64,000 bases of DNA from a virus, in IMG/VR virus record IMGVR_UViG_3300025018_000100. One strand, written 5' to 3'. The notes beneath the pieces are model-generated. The model was not told the origin of the DNA. It saw only the letters and a list, made by a program, of their open reading frames with translations, and ran no database searches. Position numbers and translations under genes: made by a program. Shown in pieces: positions 9,593 through 19,195 of this stretch (its first letter is position 1; every line of letters begins with the position of its first letter).

Positions 9593-12580
9593 TTAAGCGC
9601 TACGTAATACAGACGCTAGGCTGTACTGGCTACTTAGGGTTGGAGCAGTTGAAGTACCTACAGTTGTAAGTGGCTTCATATCGAAACGAGTGCTCATGTA
9701 AACCGCAGTTACCTGCTGACGAGGATTATACTCGCTTTCAATTTCCATTGCACGACGTTCTGCAATCATAAATCCTGGCTTGTATAATAATAGACCAATA
9801 TGATCATCATTTGCACCTGCAGCGTCTAAGAACTCTGTAATCATTACAGGCATTCCATAAACAGCACCGATGCTACCAGTTAGATAGGTTGCGTTTGGTC
9901 CGTACTTATCAACGGTACGGAAATCAGAGGTCTGAACAAGTTCATTATAACCTTCGATTGTTGTTAAGTAAACTAAATCGTCACCTAACTGTAATCCGTA
10001 CTTACCAAGTTTAGCGCGTGCAGCAGCAATATTTGCTGGAGTAGCTGCTGTAGAAGCTCCACAGTTAACTCTTAATCCTGCAACATCATTAGCAAGAGTA
10101 ACAAGACCCTTCATAACAGATGCATAACCAGCACCAGGAGTAATTGCGTTAGTTGGGCTAGCATTAAACCCTGTTAGGGTTCCATCACCACGAAGTAGTG
10201 ACTTATCGATAGCACGAGCAACACGACGAGCAGCATCAGCTCTTAGGAAGTCAATAAGAGGAAGAACTGTATCTTCCTGCTCATCTTTCGCTAAATGAGT
10301 GGTCGCCATCCATTTGTGTGGAGTAAAGCGAACTGATGATATAGTATTCTGGTTACTAGTTGGAACACGAGTAGCATCATAAGCACCAGTCGCAAAGGTT
10401 CCGTTGGCAAACTGTGCTACATCACCGTCAACATCTTCATTAGTTACAGGAACATCGAAGCTCTTAGCATCTACTTGAATGCGTCGGAACATGGGCACGA
10501 TAACTAATTGCTGTTGCATTTCTTCATAGACAGTGCTAGAAAAGTTGCTTAAGAACTGGTCAACAGTTGTAATGGCTTTCATTTTAGAACCAAAATTGGT
10601 GTCAAAAACTTGCTCGTTATTCTTACCAAGAGCCTTAGCAAGAAATACAGCATTAGCCATTTCTTTATCTGTGAATTGAGCCTTACGTGAAGGATCGTTA
10701 TTTTGATTGTAGACCATCTTAGAATTTTGTAAGGCATTAACAAGCTCTTTCTGCTTCTTAATTTCTTGCATTAGTTCTTCAACTTGGTCGGATAAGCTTG
10801 TATCACCACGAATTTCTTCGTTATCAGCAGCTTTATTCATTGTTTGTTCGGTCTTATTTAGTAAGTCCTGAACTTGAGGTTCCTTAACTTGAGCTACAGA
10901 ATTTGGAGCATTCTCCGCTTTAGCGCCGGTGTTAACTACCATTGGTTCATCAACATTTTGAGTAGGCATATCTTTTTTCTCCTCTTGACTCTCTGCCTTA
11001 TGACCGTTTAAGATTAACTGTAAATTACGGTCGTCAGACTCGGGTAATCCCTTGAGAGCCTTAATTTTTTCAACTACTCTATTTGCTAGAGCGTAGTTAG
11101 TATCATTCCAATCTTTAAAATTGGTTGCAATTAAATTGTATGTGTTGTTTAAAGTAATTTGCTGTTCTTGTGTAGTAGCAGAAGACTTTAAATTATTTAG
11201 ATCGATTTCTTTTAGATTTACATGTTCTACGAAACCTTTCTTAATTTCTTCTCTTTGTTTGTCTGTTAGGTTAGTTACTTTAGCGTGTTTAACCATTTTA
11301 ATATCAAACTTAGTACCAATATCCCAGGTGTTAATTACAGAAAGATCAGTTGCTTTGATAGAAACAGCCTCTCCAATAACTTCACCTTCTACACTTACAG
11401 GTTCAACAATAAAGTTAGGGTTTGTTTGAGTAGCAATATTTTTAATCTTGTGTCGAGAACCATCAAGTTTGACAAAATCATCAGCTTTAAGTTCTCCGGT
11501 TGACATACTTAGTAAGTTAACAAAAGGAATAGCCTTATATGGGTCTGCTTGAGTCTCTTCATCTACGGTTTCTTTGATATTAGAATCTGTAGGAACAGAA
11601 GTATCAGTTTTAGTATTAGGTTGTTCTACTGCTGAGTTTTCGTTTTTATCTTCAACGTCAGCTTTTGTAGATTCACTATCATTAGTTTTTCCTTCTGTAG
11701 GAATTTCTAATTTAACTGTTTCTTCTGCCTGATTCATATCTTTAACTTCTGTTTCAGAAGCTTTATTTTCGGAATTAGGCATATTTTTATTCTCCTCGTC
11801 GGTAAGTAGTTCTTCAATATTATTGAAATTACTTTCAATTTCCATTTCTGGTAGTTTTGAAGAGTCCTTCCAAATTTGAACATCATGACTATGACCATCT
11901 TCAGCAGATTTAATTTCATAATTAACTACATCGTGGTTATGTTTTTGGCCATGAGAGGTGTAAGTTGCGGTACCGTTACCATCCGCATCTACTTCAAATG
12001 TATGATAGTGACCATCTTTATGAATTTCAGAAATTCCGGCCTTAACTACTGTTGTATCTTCGTTTTTATCAACAACTTCTTCTAAGAATGATTTATAATC
12101 CTCATTGTTGTCAAAACTTTTACGAACACTAAACAGACTATCTTGATTACAAGGTACACTTACTATACTAATTTCTAGTAACTCTAGTTCTGTAATATAA
12201 GTGGTATCTGTTTTTCTATCATATCTAGCACGTTTTGGTCGAAATCCTACACTAAAAGCTTTTAAAGCACCGTCTCGAACTAATGTTCTAGTACCGTACT
12301 GTTTTTCAGCAGCTTCGCTGATATCAGCTTCTACGTGAATGCCCTTGTTATCAAGACGCATTTTTGTAACTTTACCAATCGGTTGATCGTGTTTATGTTG
12401 AAGAAGAAGCACAGGGTTTTTTAAGTATTCCTGAGCACCTTTTGTCCAAGCGGAAGGAACAATGACGTCACCGGTTCTATCTCTTGAGACAGTATTTGCA
12501 TATCCTGAGATACTTAAACCTTTACTTTGTTCAGTAGATTTAATTTCCATACTATCTAAATAGAGGGTTTTCTTTGACAT
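9593..12580 (-). CDS. Prohead protease - linker - major capsid protein fusion (HK97 fold), with internal starts at 11782 and 10969
   Basis: N-terminal HK97-type protease (GYANT..DR.GD, NPVLL.QH, LKAFSVGF, LLEISIVSVPCN); C-terminal T5-like capsid; GAGGAG-9nt-ATGCCT at two internal sites. Confidence 0.9.
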   Translation of the reverse strand: MSKKTLYLDSMEIKSTEQSKGLSISGYANTVSRDRTGDVIVPSAWTKGAQEYLKNPVLLLQHKHDQPIGKVTKMRLDNKGIHVEADISEAAEKQYGTRTLVRDGALKAFSVGFRPKRARYDRKTDTTYITELELLEISIVSVPCNQDSLFSVRKSFDNNEDYKSFLEEVVDKNEDTTVVKAGISEIHKDGHYHTFEVDADGNGTATYTSHGQKHNHDVVNYEIKSAEDGHSHDVQIWKDSSKLPEMEIESNFNNIEELLTDEENKNMPNSENKASETEVKDMNQAEETVKLEIPTEGKTNDSESTKADVEDKNENSAVEQPNTKTDTSVPTDSNIKETVDEETQADPYKAIPFVNLLSMSTGELKADDFVKLDGSRHKIKNIATQTNPNFIVEPVSVEGEVIGEAVSIKATDLSVINTWDIGTKFDIKMVKHAKVTNLTDKQREEIKKGFVEHVNLKEIDLNNLKSSATTQEQQITLNNTYNLIATNFKDWNDTNYALANRVVEKIKALKGLPESDDRNLQLILNGHKAESQEEKKDMPTQNVDEPMVVNTGAKAENAPNSVAQVKEPQVQDLLNKTEQTMNKAADNEEIRGDTSLSDQVEELMQEIKKQKELVNALQNSKMVYNQNNDPSRKAQFTDKEMANAVFLAKALGKNNEQVFDTNFGSKMKAITTVDQFLSNFSSTVYEEMQQQLVIVPMFRRIQVDAKSFDVPVTNEDVDGDVAQFANGTFATGAYDATRVPTSNQNTISSVRFTPHKWMATTHLAKDEQEDTVLPLIDFLRADAARRVARAIDKSLLRGDGTLTGFNASPTNAITPGAGYASVMKGLVTLANDVAGLRVNCGASTAATPANIAAARAKLGKYGLQLGDDLVYLTTIEGYNELVQTSDFRTVDKYGPNATYLTGSIGAVYGMPVMITEFLDAAGANDDHIGLLLYKPGFMIAERRAMEIESEYNPRQQVTAVYMSTRFDMKPLTTVGTSTAPTLSSQYSLASVLRSA

Positions 12581-12582
12581 AT

Positions 12583-13863
12583 TTATCCTCTCTTTGAAAT
12601 TGCCTTTCCATCTCCAGATTGGGGAGTAGTTGTACTAGTGCCTTCCGGCTTACCCCCTAAGGATGGATTGGTTGCGCTCCCTGTTATATTTTGAGGAACA
12701 CGTAATTTATCACATTCTCCGTCTACCATACACTCAAGCCTGAGTTGTTCTCTAGCCTCATTAATGGTAGCTATACCAGTATTAACAAGAGTAGCCCAAT
12801 ATTGAGCTTGTGTTTTAGCATCAGGACGTAATGCATTTACTTCTAATTTATCTGGTTCTATATTCATATCAGGACCAAAAAAGTGCTCAAAAGAACTAGC
12901 AATCATGTTACAAATAGGTAAAATGGTGTGTTCATAAAGTAATTTTTGGTTTTGAGTAATATTTGCATTATTACCAGATTTTAACAGAACATAAGGAACG
13001 CCAATAGCCTTACTCATATCTTGTTGTAGTCTTTCAACACTATTTTCAAAATCCATTTCTCTGAAATTAATGTTACTAAATTTATCAATTTTTAGCCCAC
13101 CATCTAAGATGGCTGGATTTCTAGCACCATCGAAAATCGTAGTGTGAGTCATTTTCCATTGTTGAAGTAGTCTTTCTTTGATTTTCGTACTTAATACGTT
13201 TTCACTAGTTAAAACTACTCCAGGTACTGCATTGTTTTTAAAGAATTGTTGTTGAAATTTAATTAATTCGTAATATAATTTAATTAACTGATCTACGCTT
13301 CTTAATCTACTAGCACCTCTATATATACTGTTTTGATTATCAAGTTTAATATGAATTATTTCATCTGGATTAAACATGACACGTCTTGACTCTCGGGTTC
13401 TTGGAGCTCTACCAAACACTTGAGATACTGCATCATTAGGATCACTAATTAAATATTCATAATGATGAATGTAAGTAGTTGGGTCGGGTATAATTTCTAC
13501 ATCGTTAGCAGGTAATATATAAATATGATTACCGTCATAGTAGAAAAATATATTTCCGTCTAGCATTAAATCTAATATAGCTCTTCTATAGAATTTGTCT
13601 CTATCTTCAAAAGGGTTTGGACGTTTATTAATAAGTTTTGAAACTTTCTTAGTAGGTCCGTTACCTTCTACTCTGAAGGGGATATCTACGACAGCACTAA
13701 TAATAACTTCGATTGCTCTATGAATAACATCAATTTCTTCGTAGGCAATTTCATAATCGGTAATACTTTCAGGCCCTGCTGAAGGTTCTTTACCAAAAAT
13801 TGAACTTTGTGCTGGATTGAGTTTATCAATAGTCCACAATCTAAAATTTTCAAGCATTCCCAT
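12583..13863 (-). CDS. Portal protein (HK97 family, T5 pb7-like)
   Basis: KLNPAQ, RPNPF, FFKNNAVPGVVL, ILDGG, GIATINEAR motifs. Confidence 0.95.
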   Translation of the reverse strand: MGMLENFRLWTIDKLNPAQSSIFGKEPSAGPESITDYEIAYEEIDVIHRAIEVIISAVVDIPFRVEGNGPTKKVSKLINKRPNPFEDRDKFYRRAILDLMLDGNIFFYYDGNHIYILPANDVEIIPDPTTYIHHYEYLISDPNDAVSQVFGRAPRTRESRRVMFNPDEIIHIKLDNQNSIYRGASRLRSVDQLIKLYYELIKFQQQFFKNNAVPGVVLTSENVLSTKIKERLLQQWKMTHTTIFDGARNPAILDGGLKIDKFSNINFREMDFENSVERLQQDMSKAIGVPYVLLKSGNNANITQNQKLLYEHTILPICNMIASSFEHFFGPDMNIEPDKLEVNALRPDAKTQAQYWATLVNTGIATINEAREQLRLECMVDGECDKLRVPQNITGSATNPSLGGKPEGTSTTTPQSGDGKAISKRG

Positions 13864-14242
13864 CTTGGTTTTGTCCTCTTTTTAACTCTATCCAATTCTT
13901 GACTTTTTTAGCCATAGTATTAGGATAAGTTTGTCCATAAATTGTATGAAGACGCAGATGGTGTGCTTTGCATAAAGTATAACAATGTTCTGGCGCTAAC
14001 GGTTCTCTATTATCCTTGTAAAAGGCAACCCTAATAGAGTTCATTCCGTCTACTGTTTGCGTTTGCTCAACAGTAATATTATTCTGTTTACACCAAGTGT
14101 GAAATAAATCAGACACACTATATAAATGATGAAGTTCTAAATTATCAAGCGTCTTACAGATATAACACTCAGAACCTTTTTCATAATCTTTCTTTATATA
14201 ATCCCTGATCATTTTTACAGGTATTCTTTTAAGTTCTGTCAT
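13850..14242 (-). CDS. HNH nicking endonuclease (packaging-associated, T5-like)
   Basis: CYIC...LELHH...TLCKAHHLRLH; adjacent to the portal as in T5. Confidence 0.85.
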   Translation of the reverse strand: MTELKRIPVKMIRDYIKKDYEKGSECYICKTLDNLELHHLYSVSDLFHTWCKQNNITVEQTQTVDGMNSIRVAFYKDNREPLAPEHCYTLCKAHHLRLHTIYGQTYPNTMAKKVKNWIELKRGQNQDGNA

Positions 14243-14255
14243 ATTTCTAACTCAT

Positions 14256-14284
14256 ATTATGCCACAATATAGTAATCTCGGCAA
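14256..14284 (-). promoter_or_regulatory. Sigma70-like late promoter
   Basis: TTGCCG-17-CATAAT upstream of HNH/portal. Confidence 0.5.
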
Positions 14285-14319
14285 TTTTTAAAATTTTATA
14301 AAAATGTCCTTACTACTTA

Positions 14320-14589
14320 TTATTTCTTTTTAAGAGTTGCTCTGTTTGTTTTAGGGTTATAGGAATATTGAGAAGGTTTACTTCCCTTACTATACTTAGC
14401 TGCTCTATCTTTAGCCCTAGCAGCTGGAGTCATTTTCCCTCTAGCTAAACCTTTCTTAGTAGGTTTAACAGTACCTTTTTTTAAATTACCACTTTTTTGT
14501 AGACTAGAAGTAGCTATGGCTCTAGCTGAGCCAGCACTAAAACCTTTAGCTTTAAGCTGTCTTACTAATCTATCTAGAATTGCGGGCAT
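14320..14589 (-). CDS. Small highly basic protein
   Basis: Lys/Arg-rich 89 aa ORF with AGGAG RBS. Confidence 0.7.
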   Translation of the reverse strand: MPAILDRLVRQLKAKGFSAGSARAIATSSLQKSGNLKKGTVKPTKKGLARGKMTPAARAKDRAAKYSKGSKPSQYSYNPKTNRATLKKK

Positions 14590-14653
14590 TATTTTTTTCT
14601 CCTAATATTTATATATATTACCAAAATTTTTGAACCACCGCAAATTTGATTTT

Positions 14654-15319
14654 TTAAAATTTATGAATCCTTCTGAAACTTTTTATAACATCCCATCTTT
14701 TTTTATAATGAGCTGGATTGTCAGATAAAGACACATCTCCTTCAGGTAACATCTCTACTACCGCATATTCTACTTTATGTTTAACATTGTATTTTTCTGA
14801 TAATGATAAACTAATTAATATATCATCACCCCTGTCTGCATATCCAAAAGGTTTAATATACGTATCATATATAGATTTTATATTTTCAGTTCTAGTAACA
14901 ATACAACTTCCTACAACTATATCTACGTCTTTTTTCACGCACCATACGTCTTGTAAGTCTTCATAACATGAAGCAGTTTCTATATTATTTTTACCATATA
15001 TTCCTACTAGAGAATGTGGATTATTTTCAGCAACATTTTTTAAATGCTCTATACTATCAATATCTACTAATAAATCATCATCCAATAAACATATATAATC
15101 AGAAGTTATGTTCATAGCTTGATGCCACCTTTCAATGCACCATTTATTTTTACTATTATTAATTACGCGTTCTACATGAGTAGGCTTTTTCATAATAATA
15201 GTGGGATTATTATTTATAATATGTATTTTTATTTTAGTTGAATAATAGTTTACTATTTTTGCTATATTAGCAAATCTTTTGTAATTTAAAACTACTAAAG
15301 TTATATTATCTAACTCCAT
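14654..15319 (-). CDS. Glycosyltransferase (GT-A fold)
   Basis: ITLVVLNYKR, YICLLDDDL (DxD) and RGDDI motifs. Confidence 0.75.
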   Translation of the reverse strand: MELDNITLVVLNYKRFANIAKIVNYYSTKIKIHIINNNPTIIMKKPTHVERVINNSKNKWCIERWHQAMNITSDYICLLDDDLLVDIDSIEHLKNVAENNPHSLVGIYGKNNIETASCYEDLQDVWCVKKDVDIVVGSCIVTRTENIKSIYDTYIKPFGYADRGDDILISLSLSEKYNVKHKVEYAVVEMLPEGDVSLSDNPAHYKKRWDVIKSFRRIHKF

Positions 15320-16634
15320 ATATACCTACACCTGATCTGGAGTGAGAGTACATAGCATACCTAACTGCGTCATTATAGTGAGAGCTCCAGTCATGTAAAG
15401 GTTTTTGTTTTTCTGTTTTATCATTCCATCTATATGCGGCCATAGCAATAAATACTTGTTCACAGTTTTTATGGATTTCTAAATTATTTGCTTGAATTAA
15501 TACCTGGACATAGGCGATACTTTCTAGAACACTATGTTTAACCGCTGACTCACAATAAATATCATAGTCATAAGCTAAATCGGCTTTAGTTTGTGCCGCA
15601 GCCGCATCAATATAGATAGTTTCTATATTCCATTTATTTATTAATTCTTGTATTAATTCTGCGTGAACAGAAGTAGCACTTCCAGAACCTGTATAATGAT
15701 CTACAATCCTATATGTATCTCCCTTCACAGCTATAACTACGAAAGCTGTATGATCTCGAAACCCCATATCTAATCCAGCAATAATATCCCAGCTTAAATC
15801 ATAGTCGTCTGGATCACTATCAGTACTAATTAAGTGTACATCTTCGTCTAATTCATATATCTGCCCTTCGAATATTGTCCATTCACAAAAATATTCTTGC
15901 TGGAAAATATTATTAGGAAGAGTTTTTCTAGCTTCTTCAATATCTTTTTCTCTAAGTAATGGATTAGCTTTCCAAGTATATCTAGCACTGCCCCAATCAG
16001 GATATTCAGATCCAAACTCAGGCTCTCCACGTAAAAAGTATTGATATAAATAATTCGATTTACCGCGTGGAGTACTAATAAATAAAGCTCTACTACCTTC
16101 ATAAGTAGATAGGGCAGGACGTAAATCACGAGTAAAATATTCATCATCATCAATAATTGCAGCCTCGTCAACTATTAATAAATGAGCACCACGACCGATT
16201 AGAGAGTCTCTGTTATTAGCTGATAGCAAACGAAATACGCTGCCATTAACTAATTGTACGACTTTGTCTTTTACGTTAAATCTAACACATTCAATATCTA
16301 ATTCTCTAATAAATTCAGTCACATAATCCCAAATAATACTAGATAGGGTAAAATTAGGAGCAACTACGGTTACATATTGTCCAGGTTCTAATAATTTAGC
16401 TAATGCAATGATAGCAGCGGCAAAACTCTTACCAGTACGGCGAGCACTTATATGTACCCAAAATCTTTTAGTTTCTAATCCTTCAACCATAGCCCACTGA
16501 CTTTCGTTAAATGATATTTTACCTTGTTTATCTTTATACCTAGCTGGTAACTTATCTAATAATTTTTCAATAGGAATTTTTATAAACCTATCTTTAGGGT
16601 TATTTGGTATTGCTAAAACGTTACTATGCTCCAT
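15306..16634 (-). CDS. terL: Terminase large subunit
   Basis: SARRTGKS Walker A, LLIVDEAA Walker B, FISTPRG, GLDMGFRD nuclease, SHYNDAVRY. Confidence 0.97.
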   Translation of the reverse strand: MEHSNVLAIPNNPKDRFIKIPIEKLLDKLPARYKDKQGKISFNESQWAMVEGLETKRFWVHISARRTGKSFAAAIIALAKLLEPGQYVTVVAPNFTLSSIIWDYVTEFIRELDIECVRFNVKDKVVQLVNGSVFRLLSANNRDSLIGRGAHLLIVDEAAIIDDDEYFTRDLRPALSTYEGSRALFISTPRGKSNYLYQYFLRGEPEFGSEYPDWGSARYTWKANPLLREKDIEEARKTLPNNIFQQEYFCEWTIFEGQIYELDEDVHLISTDSDPDDYDLSWDIIAGLDMGFRDHTAFVVIAVKGDTYRIVDHYTGSGSATSVHAELIQELINKWNIETIYIDAAAAQTKADLAYDYDIYCESAVKHSVLESIAYVQVLIQANNLEIHKNCEQVFIAMAAYRWNDKTEKQKPLHDWSSHYNDAVRYAMYSHSRSGVGIYGVR

Positions 16635-17190
16635 TAATTAATATTCCTCTCACTTCTGATGCCTTTATTTTTAAATATTCAAGCATTTCATTATCTGATG
16701 CTTTAGGCTTATGATTATCATCAATAACAATAGCTATTTCACCAATTAAATGTGGTGCAAATACAGGACAAGTAATTGAATAAGTATTAAGCTTAATTTT
16801 ATCCTTTGATACTATTGCGTACTGGTTAGCACCTTTTTTGGTGCATTTATTTTTTAAAAACTCTAAATAATAAGGCTGTTCAATGTTAGCCAAAACATTA
16901 ACAAAGTCAGGTAAAATAGGATTCACATCTGAAAAGTAAGTTTCTGCTATCGCAGTAAAATAAATTTGTCCTATACCGTGTTTATCTTTAGAATATAGTA
17001 TAAAAACTGTTCTTTTAATCCCTGAAAATTTATTATATATATCGTCAGTTATCTTTTGAATACTATGAACTTCTTTATGTGCTATATTAAGTGTTCCATC
17101 TTCTATACTTCTTAATACAAGAATTCCTGCTATGGAAAGAGCAATTCCCCAGATAAATCCTATTGTTATTCCAAGTATTAGTCTATTCAT
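16624..17190 (-). CDS. Membrane-anchored protein, T4-T/T5-holin-like paralog
   Basis: N-terminal TM helix; C-terminal TCPV...IGEI similar to the neighbouring gene. Confidence 0.4.
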   Translation of the reverse strand: MNRLILGITIGFIWGIALSIAGILVLRSIEDGTLNIAHKEVHSIQKITDDIYNKFSGIKRTVFILYSKDKHGIGQIYFTAIAETYFSDVNPILPDFVNVLANIEQPYYLEFLKNKCTKKGANQYAIVSKDKIKLNTYSITCPVFAPHLIGEIAIVIDDNHKPKASDNEMLEYLKIKASEVRGILINGA

Positions 17191-17879
17191 TAGAATACTT
17201 TCCTATCGTTAGAAACATAAGGGGCTAAGTTTTTTCCTACTTTTAATAATTTCTTTTCGATTTCTTCTTTAATTTCTGTTACATTACCGGCATTAGTTAT
17301 AAAATCTACTCCTACAAATCCTATTAATATATTTTCTTTATTATATAAAGGGCAGGTGTAAGTACTGGATATTCCTTGTTCTAATAAAGAATTGTTATAA
17401 GCATTATTTATTTCCTGCATATTAGTTATATAACTATAACATCTATGATTTATATATGCAGATGCTTTATCAGTATTAATGGAAATTGGTAGTTGTTGTA
17501 AATCCTGTATAGAATTAACTATACCAGGTCTAGTTATCATATGTGTTGCGCTTTGAAAAATAAAACTTAACCCATCTACACCTCTAGTACCATTATGAAA
17601 CTTAAAAACATAAGTTCTGGCAGAGTTATTTACATCTCTCAATAATGTTTCTAAAATAACATTAATTCTTACACTATTTTCTATATCCTTAATTAAATCC
17701 TGTTGGGATATATAAGGATCTTTCAATAAAGAATATTGTCTAGAAAGATAATCAAAATTATCTACAGATAAATAAATTATAGACAAACATAAACATGTTA
17801 ATATAATAATAACAGCTTGTGCTAGCATTGTCATAATATGTGTCTCAGTAAGATAATTTAATAGTTTTTCCTTAAACAT
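17190..17879 (-). CDS. Putative holin (TM + GAF-like domain, T4 T-like)
   Basis: Single TM segment, then YTCPLYNKENILIGFV, resembling the YSCPYFNLDNIYAG end of T4 holin as recalled. Confidence 0.5.
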   Translation of the reverse strand: MFKEKLLNYLTETHIMTMLAQAVIIILTCLCLSIIYLSVDNFDYLSRQYSLLKDPYISQQDLIKDIENSVRINVILETLLRDVNNSARTYVFKFHNGTRGVDGLSFIFQSATHMITRPGIVNSIQDLQQLPISINTDKASAYINHRCYSYITNMQEINNAYNNSLLEQGISSTYTCPLYNKENILIGFVGVDFITNAGNVTEIKEEIEKKLLKVGKNLAPYVSNDRKVF

Positions 17880-17890
17880 GTTTTTTTCAA

Positions 17891-18541
17891 CTAGTTAAGG
17901 TATTTTAGTATATCCTTAACTAATTCGCTCCTAACTACATCGGTCTCACTAAACCCGACTATATTTACGCTTGAACATTCTCGTAATTTACTTACTGCCC
18001 AAACTAATCCGTTGTCTGATCCTACTATATCTGATTGGGTTGGGTCACCGTTAATCATAACCTTAATATTTTCACCAAATCTAGTAAGAAACATTTTCAT
18101 TTGGTCAACTGTGCTATTTTGAGCTTCATCAAATATTACTGCACAATTATTTAATGTTCTTCCTCGCATAAACGCTAAAGGAGCAATTTCAATTTCACCA
18201 GTACTAATCATTTTATCTACTTTTTTAGGCCCCCACCTAGATTGAAGAGCATCAAATAGCGGTCTCATATAAGGATCCATTTTCTCTTCTAAGGTGCCAG
18301 GTAAGAATCCTAAGTTTTCTGTGGCTACATGTGGTCGTACTAATACCAATTTATTAATTTTGTTAGCTTCAAACTCTTTAGTAGCTCTATATACAGCTAA
18401 AAAACTTTTTCCTGTTCCAGCATGTCCAATACCTATTGTTACAGGAAATTCTTTCATACTCTCTAAGTAAAATGCTTGTTTATCATTTCTTGGACGGATA
18501 TTCTTAACAAAATTAGTATTCTCATAATCTTTTTGATTCAA
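17891..18541 (-). CDS. phoH: PhoH family ATPase
   Basis: GHAGTGKS, LGFLPG.LEEKM.PY, PLAFMRGRT, DEAQN, GDPTQSD, DVVRS. Confidence 0.96.
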   Translation of the reverse strand: MNQKDYENTNFVKNIRPRNDKQAFYLESMKEFPVTIGIGHAGTGKSFLAVYRATKEFEANKINKLVLVRPHVATENLGFLPGTLEEKMDPYMRPLFDALQSRWGPKKVDKMISTGEIEIAPLAFMRGRTLNNCAVIFDEAQNSTVDQMKMFLTRFGENIKVMINGDPTQSDIVGSDNGLVWAVSKLRECSSVNIVGFSETDVVRSELVKDILKYLN

Positions 18542-18553
18542 TTAATTATCCTT

Positions 18554-19192
18554 TTAACTAGGCCACCCAGAGTATATATCTAAGTTTAGTAGTTCCTCTA
18601 TGGAAGCAGAATCTATAATATCTTTAAGATTCCATGAATATTTATATATTTGTGATATTTTATTACTAACAGATAAACTCATAGTTAACATTTCTTGGGG
18701 AGTTAATTTATGAGTTATATTATTACTGTCTCTAAAATCAATATGATTATTACTATTAATATTAGATAAGAATAAAGCATTAGCCCCCATAGCAGTAATA
18801 TTTATAATATCTCTATCTGTAGCAGTATCTAAAATAGCAGTATTATTAGCAGTGGTAGAAGCTTCTACTCCTCTATTCAATAACTCTGTCCTATAATTAT
18901 TAACTTTTTGTTTTAAACTATTTCGAATAGTTATCAAAGGTTTATATTGTTGAGTATGTGTCTTTATTACCTTATCGTTTTCTTCGTTATATGTTACAGA
19001 TACTAAAGTATCAATAAAATCAGACTCAATGAAAGTACCAATAACTTCCTCTTTATAGACGTTTAAAGATCGTAATTTTTCTATACTAATATCTTCAAAA
19101 TTATATCTAGTATTAGTATCTTTAAATATCTCTTTCAGTATACCTGATTTAGAGCTAGCTACTATTTTTTTATTTTTCACGTAGTGAAACAT
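18554..19192 (-). CDS. Tail fibre assembly protein (DUF4376-like)
   Basis: FRDSNNITHKLTPQEM...LKDII...GWP C-terminus; follows the fibre gene. Confidence 0.65.
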   Translation of the reverse strand: MFHYVKNKKIVASSKSGILKEIFKDTNTRYNFEDISIEKLRSLNVYKEEVIGTFIESDFIDTLVSVTYNEENDKVIKTHTQQYKPLITIRNSLKQKVNNYRTELLNRGVEASTTANNTAILDTATDRDIINITAMGANALFLSNINSNNHIDFRDSNNITHKLTPQEMLTMSLSVSNKISQIYKYSWNLKDIIDSASIEELLNLDIYSGWPS

Positions 19193-19195
19193 TTT

